In this document: in pieces, positions 23,982-33,046 of the stretch | How positions within the stretch are numbered: position 1 is the stretch's first letter | Layout: the number at the start of each line of letters is the position of its first letter | Assembly: GCA_963762565.1 (NCBI GenBank) | Contig: CAVXLD010000008.1 | Location: forward strand, 36,662-100,661 | Length of the DNA: 64,000 nt | Direction: 5' to 3' | Source: an uncultured Verrucomicrobiae bacterium | GTDB lineage: Bacteria > Verrucomicrobiota > Verrucomicrobiia > Chthoniobacterales > JAFAMB01 | The notes under the pieces: generated by a model | Databases searched by the model: none | What the model saw: the letters and a program-made list of their open reading frames with translations, nothing else | What the model was told of the DNA's origin: nothing | Program-made: the position numbers and the translations under genes

Positions 23982-24701
23982 ATGAGCCCGCTTACCCGCG
24001 TAGACCAAATCTGGTCAGCCCTGGAGTCGGTGACCGACCCGGAAATCGACGAATCGGTTGTATCTCTGGATATTATGTCCGAAGTAAAGTGTTGTTTAAA
24101 ATGACGGGTCCAAATCGACTTCCGATTACCGACCTATTGGTGTGCGCCGAATTTTGCGTTCCTGATGGCGAGCGATATGCGCGATGCCGTTAGTGAACTG
24201 GATTGGGTAGCAGATGTGACCGTTAGATTAGTCGATCATTTCAGTGCTGAGTTGATCAACCGGGGCGTGGCGCGGAAACAAGACTTTTGAGATGCGTTTC
24301 CTGGTGAAACCGATGACGACTTAAGTGCCCTCCGTCAGAAGTTTCTTGGACAAGCCTATGAACGCCGGCAAGAACTGTTATTGAAGCATCTCTTCGAGCG
24401 TGGCTATGACCCAACGTCGGTCCTGTGTCTGCGCCTTTCGGATCTGCTCAGTCTCGCGCTGGACCAACCGGGTAACGCTCTGCGAACCCTCTACCTTTTT
24501 GTATGGCGTAAGATTCATCCGGACGCCGGCGAAGAGGCAATTGCTTTCACGACATCGGAAGGCACGCCGGTCGATCCTCGCGACTCAAAGGGCTACTTGC
24601 GAAAAATCGCTGGCGCCAGAAGAAACGCCGCGTTTAACGGTTTCATCTGCCGAAGCCTGCTTGCCGAGCGCCGTTCGGTGCCAGTGAGACAGGAGGCGTG
24701 A
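23982..24701 (+). CDS. DUF59 / iron-sulfur cluster assembly domain protein with C-terminal extension (frameshift and in-frame stop)
   Basis: MSPLTRVDQIWSALESVTDPEIDESVV..FRLPTYWCAPNFAFLMASD..DHFSAELIN.. continuing into ORF 24381-24701 (FNGFICRSLL). Confidence 0.85.
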
Positions 24702-24738
24702 GAAGTGATTGGTGATTGGTGATTGGTTGCGCTCTCTC

Positions 24739-24827
24739 GGCGTTTACGGCCTGCCAGTCGTAGCCTCCCAGAGTCTAAAGATGGGGCGAAGTCGGGAGCC
24801 TAAGCGACGGGGCGAGGTCGGGCGTTT
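24739..24827. repeat. CCCGACGTAGCC-family palindromic element flanked by GGCGTTT direct repeat
   Basis: gtagcctcc..gagtctaaa..ggcgaagtcgggagcctaagcgac..tcgggcgtt. Confidence 0.75.
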
Positions 24828-25023
24828 TAATCCGATTGAGCGGGTAGCGGATAGTAACCTTTGGCTTTACAGATTGCGGGTTCAAGTACGGGCTGATTAA
24901 TGCGAGCAGACCGAGCAGGACCACGACTAACCAAGACATCCACGTTGACCGTGCTCTCGCCGTTGCCGGCGTATCCGCAGGACTGAGGGGAGCACTGTCT
25001 GCTTCTCGATTCGTCGTGTCCAT
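24775..25023 (-). CDS. Small hypothetical membrane protein
   Basis: ATG start, one hydrophobic helix WLVVVLLGLLALI; C-terminus encoded by the repeat element. Confidence 0.45.
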   Translation of the reverse strand: MDTTNREADSAPLSPADTPATARARSTWMSWLVVVLLGLLALISPYLNPQSVKPKVTIRYPLNRIKTPDLAPSLRLPTSPHL

Positions 25024-25029
25024 GTGCTT

Positions 25030-25092
25030 CGTTCCAGGCTTGCCCGACGTAGCCTCTCGGAGTCTAAACGACGAGGCGAAGTCGGGCGTTCC
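25030..25092. repeat. CCCGACGTAGCC-family element flanked by CGTTCC direct repeats
   Basis: cgttcc-aggcttgcccgacgtagcctc..gaggcgaagtcggg-cgttcc. Confidence 0.8.
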
Positions 25093-25344
25093 TCAAGCAG
25101 GTGAGAAGAGTTCCTGCCGGTGCGGCGAAGAGAGTTGCTGGAGATCTGCCACAGCCGCTTGCAATGCGTTCGGCCAAGGAAGACCGAGTTCCAGGTAAAG
25201 TTGGATCAATCGTTCCGTTCTGTCCCTGATTGAGCGCCGAACGCGCGAGAGTCCCTTTCTTAATAATGGCTTCCGTGCGTGTACCCGCGCGGTCCGTGTC
25301 TTGTTGATACTTCGACTTACCATATGCCCGCAAATAACGGGCAT
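25093..25344 (-). CDS. Small hypothetical protein
   Basis: Amphipathic helical C-terminus RLIQLYLELGLPWPNALQAAVADL; no family recognised. Confidence 0.4.
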   Translation of the reverse strand: MPVICGHMVSRSINKTRTARVHARKPLLRKGLSRVRRSIRDRTERLIQLYLELGLPWPNALQAAVADLQQLSSPHRQELFSPA

Positions 25345-25617
25345 CGATGGAACTCCACCTAATGATTTCGGATCGAGCGCCGAAAAACGGTGATAAAAGG
25401 CGCGATTCGGGCGCTAAGCGCCTAGAAACAGCATCAGCGCTCCGGCAGCCGCCGGACCGCAGGTGTCATTCGCAGAGAGCGCAGTACTTCCATGACTCGA
25501 TGACTCCATGACTCCATGACTCCACTACTCCACTACTCCACTACTCCACTACTCCAACACCGCACGTGACCGGATTCGAGGACGAGGACGACGACGAGGA
25601 CGAGAAACGAAGAGCGA

Positions 25618-27195
25618 TTACCACCCATACGCCCAGCCTTTCAGCCGCAAAGCAATCGCTAGCATGCGAGTCAGGAACGCCCCGACTATGGTCACCACAA
25701 CCCCAATGAAAATTTCCTGCGGCTGTAAACGTTCTGCTTCCCATTGCAAGAAAACGGAAAACACCAAACCCCATATCACCGCGATCTCGGGATAAAGTTC
25801 TTGTTGCAATCGAGGAGCGACCGCGTCACGTCGCAACAGGTCGCGCATCATTCCGCCAAATGAACTGGTGATTCCCGCAGAGATCGGGCCCCAAAGCCAG
25901 AGGGGCTGGACTGAGGTATCCAGAACCACAACCACACCGATCACAATAAACGCGGCTAGTCCCAGTCCGTCACAGATCTGAATTAGACCAGTTCCAAGGT
26001 GTCCGCTCGACCGTAGCGATTCCGTGAACCGTTTAGCGCCGGCGAGATTGCTGATCCTGATCACCAGCATCCCAATCAACACAGTGCCGAAGATAATCAG
26101 AAGCACGAACGGATCCCGGACGATCCCCAGCGGTTGGCGTTGAAAGAGCAAGTCCCGAATCACGCCGCCGCCCACCGCGGGCAAACTGGCGAGGACCATC
26201 GCTTCAAACAGAGTGGAATGCCCAACGTAGGCAAGCACCACTCCTGAAAGCGCGAAAGCAGCTGTGCCGATCGAAACTAGAAACTGAAACCAATCCGAAT
26301 CGAGGGTCTGATGAATCAGAATCGGTAGAGCGTAGGTGTCACTGATGTGCTGGAATTCACCGTCCGATTTTATCCGGTCAATAGCACTATTCAGGTGAGC
26401 AAGCGTGGTTGGGGTTGTGGAGACGCGGCTCAACATGAAATGAATGTCGGTGGAAAACCGCAGCGGATGTTCCTCGATCGAACCGCTCTGCTGTTGCCGC
26501 CAAGCGGCAGTGGCGGCTGAGATCTGGTCAGCCAAAAACCCGTCGATTCGTCCCTGCAGAAGATTCTCCAGGTTAATCAAATCAGTTTCTTCCTTAATGA
26601 CCACAGCGGCGTTGGCCGGATCTGCAATATAGGCATTGATTCGTTGATCCGCGTACGCGTACCCGGCGACGACTCCCAACCGGAAACGCTGATTCCGAAA
26701 AAAGTCCAGCATCTGGTCGACGGTTTCGAATGGGTATTCGGAACTGGTTCCGCGTCGCAGAATTAGGACGTCTGTCTCCCGTCGATAAGGTTTAGAAAAA
26801 TAAGCGTATTGCTCGCGTTCAGAACTATAGGTGGCCCCGGCTGCGATATCGCGAGTACCGGCCGCCAGCCCAGCTAAATGGCTGTCCCACGAAATCTCTG
26901 GTAGCAGCAGTTCAACGCGCATCACCCGGGTGACCGCCCGCTCGATCTCGACATCAAAACCGGTGAGGCCCTCGTTTCCACGGGTATTCTGACGGTATTG
27001 ATATGGATCCCACGGATACCAACCACCGCGCAGAACCCGCGGTTCTACCGGTTGGGGAACTGTAGGCGGCGATGGGGTCGGACTATCAGCAGCTTGGCAA
27101 CGAAAAGGCGCGACCCAAGTTAACAAACCGAGTACAACGAGCGCGCCGTGGAGCGCGCCTCGCTTGCGAGGCCGTGGTGAACAGAGAGAAGTCAT
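25618..27195 (-). CDS. Fusion of a family-3 extracellular solute-binding domain with a TRIC/UPF0126 (YadS-like) membrane domain
   Basis: WDPYQY..GFDVEI..YFSKPYRRE SBP part, then GTAAFALSG..PAVGGGVIRD..DGLGLAAF..TSSFGGMMRD..LYPE TRIC repeats; start uncertain (lies inside a REP element). Confidence 0.88.
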   Translation of the reverse strand: MTSLCSPRPRKRGALHGALVVLGLLTWVAPFRCQAADSPTPSPPTVPQPVEPRVLRGGWYPWDPYQYRQNTRGNEGLTGFDVEIERAVTRVMRVELLLPEISWDSHLAGLAAGTRDIAAGATYSSEREQYAYFSKPYRRETDVLILRRGTSSEYPFETVDQMLDFFRNQRFRLGVVAGYAYADQRINAYIADPANAAVVIKEETDLINLENLLQGRIDGFLADQISAATAAWRQQQSGSIEEHPLRFSTDIHFMLSRVSTTPTTLAHLNSAIDRIKSDGEFQHISDTYALPILIHQTLDSDWFQFLVSIGTAAFALSGVVLAYVGHSTLFEAMVLASLPAVGGGVIRDLLFQRQPLGIVRDPFVLLIIFGTVLIGMLVIRISNLAGAKRFTESLRSSGHLGTGLIQICDGLGLAAFIVIGVVVVLDTSVQPLWLWGPISAGITSSFGGMMRDLLRRDAVAPRLQQELYPEIAVIWGLVFSVFLQWEAERLQPQEIFIGVVVTIVGAFLTRMLAIALRLKGWAYGW

Positions 27196-27393
27196 TGGGC
27201 AGATCCCTGCGCCATCTGCGCTCTGTAGCGTGGCGAGGAAGAGCAAGTACCTCGTGGCAAGCTCATCACCAAGCGCAATTCATGGCAAACACGGATGGGT
27301 TGCGCAATCGAATTTGACGGAGCACCGGTCACGTACTGAAGTGCCGCACCATTCGCCCTGCTAACCACGGCCTCGCAAGCGAGGCACGCTCCA
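27148..27393. repeat. REPIN-like element GTGGAGCG(CT)GCCTCGCTTGCGAGGCCG ... CGGCCTCGCAAGCGAGGCA(G)CGCTCCAC
   Basis: Inverted pair; same family at 33056, 33781, 39818-40001, 44187-44391, 48498-48679, 50119, 51816. Confidence 0.9.
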
Positions 27394-27482
27394 CGGGTGT
27401 CGACCCCTCTCGAGTTCCGATAGACGCGCCGCCCCGGTTCTGCTACTAGGATTGGCTGACAGTTCTCCCCCGGATTTACGCA

Positions 27483-28187
27483 ATGAACATCCGTCTGGCG
27501 ATGCCGTTCCTCTGTGTGCTGCTTGCCTCTTGCGCGGCCACCGAACAATCCGGGTTTATCAAGGTATCTTCGCAACCGGCTAACGTCGGCGATGCTGGAA
27601 CGGCCGCCCGGGCCTATCACGATTCCGGAGCTTATCAGCGTGATTTGCAGATAGTGGCGAATCAGGCGGCTCGCTGGACCAAGGCGCGGGCTGCGAGCGC
27701 TCAACGGCCTGCTCTGGTGCTAGACATTGACGAAACCGCTTTATCGAATTGGGAAATTATCAAGCGAGATGATTTTGGCCGTCCAATCGCCGGTCCGGCC
27801 GATCTCGCCTCAGCCGGACCTTGGGGCTGGGCAGCTTGGGACCAACTCGCTCGCGACCCAGCCATTGAACCTACTCTACAGGTGTTCCGAACTGCTCGCG
27901 CGGCCAACGTCGCCGTCTTTTTCATTACCGGTCGCCCGGAAAATCAGCGGGCTGCCACCGAACGCAATCTTCGCGCCGTTGGCTACGCCGATTATTCGCG
28001 CCTCTTTATGGTGCCTAACGGAGCCCATTTCGCTTCCGCGGTGGATTTCAAAACGCCTGTCCGGATAGAGATAGAAAAGCTCGGATATTCCATTATCGCC
28101 AACATGGGCGACCAGCCCTCTGATTTGCTTGGCGGCCATGCCGAGAAGAAGTTCCTGCTCCCTGACCCTTTCTATCGAGTGCCGTAG
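27483..28187 (+). CDS. HAD-superfamily secreted acid phosphatase (class B/C-like lipoprotein)
   Basis: Lipobox LASC, DIDETAL, FFITGR, GDQPSD. Confidence 0.9.
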   Translation: MNIRLAMPFLCVLLASCAATEQSGFIKVSSQPANVGDAGTAARAYHDSGAYQRDLQIVANQAARWTKARAASAQRPALVLDIDETALSNWEIIKRDDFGRPIAGPADLASAGPWGWAAWDQLARDPAIEPTLQVFRTARAANVAVFFITGRPENQRAATERNLRAVGYADYSRLFMVPNGAHFASAVDFKTPVRIEIEKLGYSIIANMGDQPSDLLGGHAEKKFLLPDPFYRVP

Positions 28188-28358
28188 GGGACCGGTGAAA
28201 GGTGAAAGGTGAAAAGTGAGAAGTGATTGGTCACCCTCGGTCAGGCGCGCCAGATGACTAACCACCGCGTCATATAGGTCATATAGGTCATATTCGTCGC
28301 GCTACCCGATGTGCTCCAGCGTCTACGGATCAATGAACCGTCCCCGATGAACCAAACT

Positions 28359-30110
28359 TCACACCGCGTAGAAAAGACGGATAATGATCTGGCCAGCTTT
28401 CGTCTTCACCTGTTGGCGCTCGACGGCTAATCCTCGCAAGAAGTGTTGCAATCCTACCCAGGCCGCAGATTCCTCATTTTCGAATTCACTTGCGACCAGT
28501 TCCTGGCGGCGACGTGATTCCGGGATACGATCGGCATGGCTGCCGCTGTAAATGATTTCTAGGCGTAAGTCGACTCCGTTATAACTCGCGCGTAGAGTGC
28601 CCTCGCGTCCGCTGAAGTGCGCCCCCAGAACATATTGAATGACCCGAGTCGCATGGTCTCCGCACGCTTCGATTATCGCTTCGGGAATCCGCCAGGCTTT
28701 TGCCTGGTCCTGGAGAAATGCGTTAATCGAATTGATCGACGCTGTCGAATCGGTCCATTTGATCTCGCGACTCTGCAGCGTTCCAAGACGGAAGATTAGA
28801 GTGAGTCCAATGGCAAACGTCAACCCAAGCGCGAGTGGGCTACTGGTGAAGGTTTGGATCGGTTTGGGTAACGCTCGGAAATAAGCGGGGAAGACTTTTT
28901 CGCTCATCGCGAGCAGAGTTGAGACGCCGATAACGTAAACCGCCCGGGTATCAATCTTTCGCGACAACATGATTTCCATGCCGCCGGAAATCATGAACGC
29001 GGCCGTGAAGGTTAGCAATGACCCGGCCACTTCCTGCGGGACAAGCAGGAAGATGCCCGATAGCCGGGGCGAGACTGCGAAAACCAACAAGACCAAGGAA
29101 GCGACAAAGCCGATGGCCCGGCTGGTAGCTCCGGTAGCGCCAGAAACGCCGACCAAGCTAGGTCCAATACTCATCCCGGTAACTCCTAGGCTGCCGCCGA
29201 TGACGTTGGAAAGACCGTCCGCCAGTACCCCTTTGCGAATGTTCCGGGTGTCCGGCCGTCGCCAAGCCGCATTGTTAAGTCGTTGGCAAGTGGTAATTAC
29301 CCCCACGGCTCGTAATCCCGCGGCGACACCGGAAGCCAGAAAAGCGGGGATCAAACCTGGGTTGAAGTCAAGGTGTAACCAGCTTGGTTGAGGCCATGCG
29401 AGCCAGGAGGGGTCCGCAAATGTTTTCAGATCGTCAGGCGTAATTAACCCCACGCACCAGGCCGCGGTCATCCCCATGACGAGCGCGATCAGGGTGCAGA
29501 GAAGCTTCAGAGTCCCGCGAGCCCAGATGCTAAGCGCAATACAGGTTAACAGGGTTAAGGATGTAACAATGAGGTGAAAAGGAAACGTAGGGAGGTCGAC
29601 GTGCCGGACATCAAGCGTTTCCCCGATTCCCACGACTCCGAGCTGGAGTCCAACCACAAAGACCGTCAACCCGCTAAGGATTGGTGTCACCACAACGCGA
29701 AGCCGGTTGAGCGCGAAAGCAAACAAAACCTCCACGATTCCCGCGAAGATCGTCATTCCAAAGACGAGGGGCAGGCCACCGATTCGAGCAGCTAAAACCG
29801 AGGGGGCGAGATAGACCGCCGAGAATACAGGCGGGGCCAGAAAACCCGAACCGATTGGCCCGCGTGGCAAAGCTTGGAGAGCGGTGCCGATCGCCAGTCC
29901 GACACAGGCAATGCCCATGACTTGGATACTTGCAGCGGGTGACGCGTGGGCCTCGCGCAACACGATCACAACCAAAACCAGATAGATGGACGACATCACC
30001 GCGTATTGCGTCCCGAGCAACACAAGACGAAATGGAGGAGGCCATTCGTCAACCGCGTACACCAGGTTTGGTGGTCGCTTACGTTCCTCGTTTATTAGGG
30101 CTGTCGGCAT
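28359..30110 (-). CDS. NCS2 (xanthine/uracil) permease family protein with soluble C-terminal extension
   Basis: YAVDEWPP, GVLADGL, TGATSR signature region, ~140-aa hydrophilic tail. Confidence 0.88.
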   Translation of the reverse strand: MPTALINEERKRPPNLVYAVDEWPPPFRLVLLGTQYAVMSSIYLVLVVIVLREAHASPAASIQVMGIACVGLAIGTALQALPRGPIGSGFLAPPVFSAVYLAPSVLAARIGGLPLVFGMTIFAGIVEVLFAFALNRLRVVVTPILSGLTVFVVGLQLGVVGIGETLDVRHVDLPTFPFHLIVTSLTLLTCIALSIWARGTLKLLCTLIALVMGMTAAWCVGLITPDDLKTFADPSWLAWPQPSWLHLDFNPGLIPAFLASGVAAGLRAVGVITTCQRLNNAAWRRPDTRNIRKGVLADGLSNVIGGSLGVTGMSIGPSLVGVSGATGATSRAIGFVASLVLLVFAVSPRLSGIFLLVPQEVAGSLLTFTAAFMISGGMEIMLSRKIDTRAVYVIGVSTLLAMSEKVFPAYFRALPKPIQTFTSSPLALGLTFAIGLTLIFRLGTLQSREIKWTDSTASINSINAFLQDQAKAWRIPEAIIEACGDHATRVIQYVLGAHFSGREGTLRASYNGVDLRLEIIYSGSHADRIPESRRRQELVASEFENEESAAWVGLQHFLRGLAVERQQVKTKAGQIIIRLFYAV

Positions 30111-30220
30111 TTGGACAGGACACTTAAAGGCAGCCGGCGGGAATCTCCGGTCGCCACCGAAGCGGCTCCGTTCGTAACACAGGACTGGGGCGTGTGTCGA
30201 GCCCTCTTCAGGGGAGAAAC

Positions 30221-30506
30221 GTGAGAAGTGATTGGTGATTGGTGATTTGTGATTGGTGGGGCGAGGCTCCCGAATGGCCTGATCGTTTTCCCGGAGACAG
30301 TCGCGTTATTTCTATATTCTCTCGCTTACGCCGAGACGCTTGCCGAGCCGCGATCTCAGTCCTCATTCATGGCGGACCCTGGGAACGGCTCGGTGCACCG
30401 TTCCTACTATTGTCGCGAAAGATACCGAAACATGTCGCGGCGTTGGTAACAGGTTGGGTCGTTCAGAGCCTCGCCCCACCAATCACCAATCACCAATCAC
30501 TTCTCA
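30221..30506. repeat. REPIN-like element nested in GTGAGAAGTGATTGG heptamer inverted arms
   Basis: gtgagaagtgattggtgattgg..gtggggcgaggctcccgaa ... gagcctcgccccaccaatcaccaatcaccaatcacttctcac. Confidence 0.9.
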
Positions 30507-31148
30507 CACCTCGGGCTCAAGACGAGCCCGAGGCCGTACCACGTACGCACAACGAGGCGCTCCTGCTAGAATATGTTCTGTCCGATTCACCTCGACGTTG
30601 TCTCCGAGTAATTTACGGAACACATTTAACTCTTCGCGACAAAGACCCGTGCAATTCGTCGCCGCGATACAAATGGGGCAATGTCTTTCCACCAGTAGAT
30701 AACCTTTACGGTTCTCCAGTTTTTCTACTGCCGCCATATAACCCTCGCGAGAACGGATCACGGCCAACGCTTCAAGCTTCTCCCGCAATGAGGCGGTCGG
30801 TCTAACCTCACGGCGATAGTTCTCGAGTTGGTGGCGGGATCGCGTCTTGACCAGTTTGTCCATAGCCTCTGGCCCCAAGCTTTCATTCACACAACCGATC
30901 AGCGACACGGCTAGCTCCGCGTGAGCATCCGGAAAGAATTTCAGGGCCGCTCTAGTCAGCGACCATAGCAAGGTCGGCCGTCCACGGCTACCAGGTTCAG
31001 CTTCGCGTTTAACCACGCCCTGGTCTTCCAAGGCGTGCAAATGTTGGAGAGCTGCCATCTTGGTGATCCCCAAAGTCTCGCCCAGCCGGCGGGCGGAACT
31101 TGGGCCGGCGGTTTTGAGATGATCGAGGATGCGTTTGCGAGCGGACAT
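30504..31148 (-). CDS. Winged-helix transcriptional regulator with Cys-rich C-terminus (SufR-like/ArsR-DeoR type)
   Basis: HTH LGITKMAALQHL, GRP wing, LAVIRSREGYMA, ERHCPIC..C..LC..RC. Confidence 0.85.
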   Translation of the reverse strand: MSARKRILDHLKTAGPSSARRLGETLGITKMAALQHLHALEDQGVVKREAEPGSRGRPTLLWSLTRAALKFFPDAHAELAVSLIGCVNESLGPEAMDKLVKTRSRHQLENYRREVRPTASLREKLEALAVIRSREGYMAAVEKLENRKGYLLVERHCPICIAATNCTGLCREELNVFRKLLGDNVEVNRTEHILAGAPRCAYVVRPRARLEPEV

Positions 31149-31166
31149 AAAAGTGAATGCTATAAA

Positions 31167-31223
31167 GTAAAAAGAATTCTTTACAAATACAATAACTCAG
31201 CTTTTGTAAAGAAGAGCCTTTAT
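31167..31223. promoter_or_regulatory. Two palindromic operator candidates GTAAA-N8-TTTA(C/T) in the divergent promoter
   Basis: gtaaaaagaattctttac (31167-31184) and gtaaagaagagcctttat (31206-31223). Confidence 0.55.
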
Positions 31224-31237
31224 AAAGTTTCTTTCTT

Positions 31238-33046
31238 ATGAGTTCCTCCGTCGATTCCCCCACGGCTTCTGCTCACCTCGAAGGTTTTTTTCGGGCCGCT
31301 TCCTTAAACCACCTAAAAGCGCAGAGAATGTTAGTCGTCTCTGGCGCCGATCGGCCGGTGTTACTCTGCTGGTCCGAGGGACGCCCTTTCGCTCTGGACA
31401 ATCGTTGCCCTCACATGGGTTTTCCCTTGAGTAAGGGCAGCCTGGAGAGTGGTGTATTGACCTGTCACTGGCATCACGCTCAATTCGATCTTCAAAGCGG
31501 CTGCACCTTTGATCTCTTTGCAGATGACGTTCCCGCCTTCGACGTACAGGTCGAAGGTGATGACGTCTGGGTATCAAGCTGGCCAAAAGAGAAGATCGAT
31601 GTGGGCTATCACTCGCGCCGGCTGTTGTGGGGGTTGGAACAAAACATCGGCTTAATCCAGGCCAAGGGAATCATCGCGTTGCTGGCCCAGGGGGAGGGGG
31701 TCAATAGCGTCGTCCGGCGGATCGCGCGATTTTCCGCCCGAAATCACCGAGTCTGGGAAGATGGTCTGACTACCTTGACCATTGTGGCTCGGCTTAGTCA
31801 GCATCTCAGCCCCACGACGTTGATCTATGCGTTAGCGAAAGGGGCGCGCAGAGTCGCTGAGAATTGTGCCGAGCAGCCCGCTCGCCATTCCGCCGGAGGC
31901 CTAAACCGCGAGCAGTTCGGAGAAGGGCGCTTGAGCGAGTGGTTGTCGCATTGGTCCAGGATCCGGCACGATGAAGGCGCGGAGCGCACCCTTTTAGCGG
32001 CTCTAGATTCGCAGCTGTCACGACCGGCGCTGAATCGGATTGTGTTTGGAACGGTGCAAGACCGGATCTATGCCGATGGTGGACACGCATTGGATCATTC
32101 TAACAAGGCTTTCGAACTGCTGGACGCGATCGGTTGGGAAGAAGCGTCCAGGATTCTACCGTTGTTGGTGTCGCACCTTACTCAATCACGCTCCGAGGAG
32201 GAAGGCGGAGCCTGGCGAGTCCCGCTGGATTTGATTCCGCTCATCCACGAGGCGGAGAATCAACTACAGAACCAACCGCGCCGGCCACAGACCAAAGACT
32301 TCGCCGAGGCTATGTCGGTCAAGAAAGATTCGCCTCCAAACTCTACGGAATTGCTCGGCACCGATCCGAAAGCGATTCTTCGACTGATCAGCACTGCTCT
32401 GGCCGAGGGAGTGACCCCGCCGTCGATTGCCCGGGAGCTTTCTGCAGCCGCAGCCGCACGTTTAGCGCAATTTCCGGAATCGAATGATGTCGACGACTGG
32501 TTTGATCCGGTCCATACGTTCTCGTTCTGCAACGCGCTCTACCAGGCTTTATCGCGAGGCGAGACGACCCCCGACGTCGAACGCGGTTTGTTTCATGCAG
32601 CAATGTCGATCTATGTGGATCGATTTCTGAATATCCCGAGTGCGCACCTACCGGACGGCGCCGCTTTGGAGCCCCTGCCATCTGATGCGGACGCCTTGCT
32701 GGCGCTGATCCTCGAGACCCTAGATCAAAAGAAGGGCTGGAGCGCACTGCCGAATCTAGTGGTTCGTTACCTCCGCCTCGGGCATCCGGAACCTTCGTTA
32801 GTCGATATGCTCACCTTCGCGACCGTTCGCGAAGATCTAGATTTCCATAAGCTGCAGGTATTGGAAGCAGCCCTAAACCAAGCAGAACTATGGCCGCAGG
32901 GAAGTTCTGAGCGCGAATTGTTCTATATCGCTGCCGCGCGTCATTTAGCCGCTTACTGTCCCACTCGACGCAGTTCCAGCCAGTCGGTTGGGGTGGCGCT
33001 CCGCCTGCATCGCGGGGAAGCCATCTATCTGGAAGGTGAGAAGTGA
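31238..33046 (+). CDS. Rieske [2Fe-2S] domain protein with large helical C-terminal region of unknown function
   Basis: NRCPHMG..LTCHWHHAQFDL Rieske motif. Confidence 0.88.
   Translation: MSSSVDSPTASAHLEGFFRAASLNHLKAQRMLVVSGADRPVLLCWSEGRPFALDNRCPHMGFPLSKGSLESGVLTCHWHHAQFDLQSGCTFDLFADDVPAFDVQVEGDDVWVSSWPKEKIDVGYHSRRLLWGLEQNIGLIQAKGIIALLAQGEGVNSVVRRIARFSARNHRVWEDGLTTLTIVARLSQHLSPTTLIYALAKGARRVAENCAEQPARHSAGGLNREQFGEGRLSEWLSHWSRIRHDEGAERTLLAALDSQLSRPALNRIVFGTVQDRIYADGGHALDHSNKAFELLDAIGWEEASRILPLLVSHLTQSRSEEEGGAWRVPLDLIPLIHEAENQLQNQPRRPQTKDFAEAMSVKKDSPPNSTELLGTDPKAILRLISTALAEGVTPPSIARELSAAAAARLAQFPESNDVDDWFDPVHTFSFCNALYQALSRGETTPDVERGLFHAAMSIYVDRFLNIPSAHLPDGAALEPLPSDADALLALILETLDQKKGWSALPNLVVRYLRLGHPEPSLVDMLTFATVREDLDFHKLQVLEAALNQAELWPQGSSERELFYIAAARHLAAYCPTRRSSSQSVGVALRLHRGEAIYLEGEK

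Noticed and set aside
21671..24400. Genuinely pseudogenised operon or recoded stop codons
   Set aside because: Indels and stops cluster next to a visibly corrupted block; read error is more parsimonious, though unproven.
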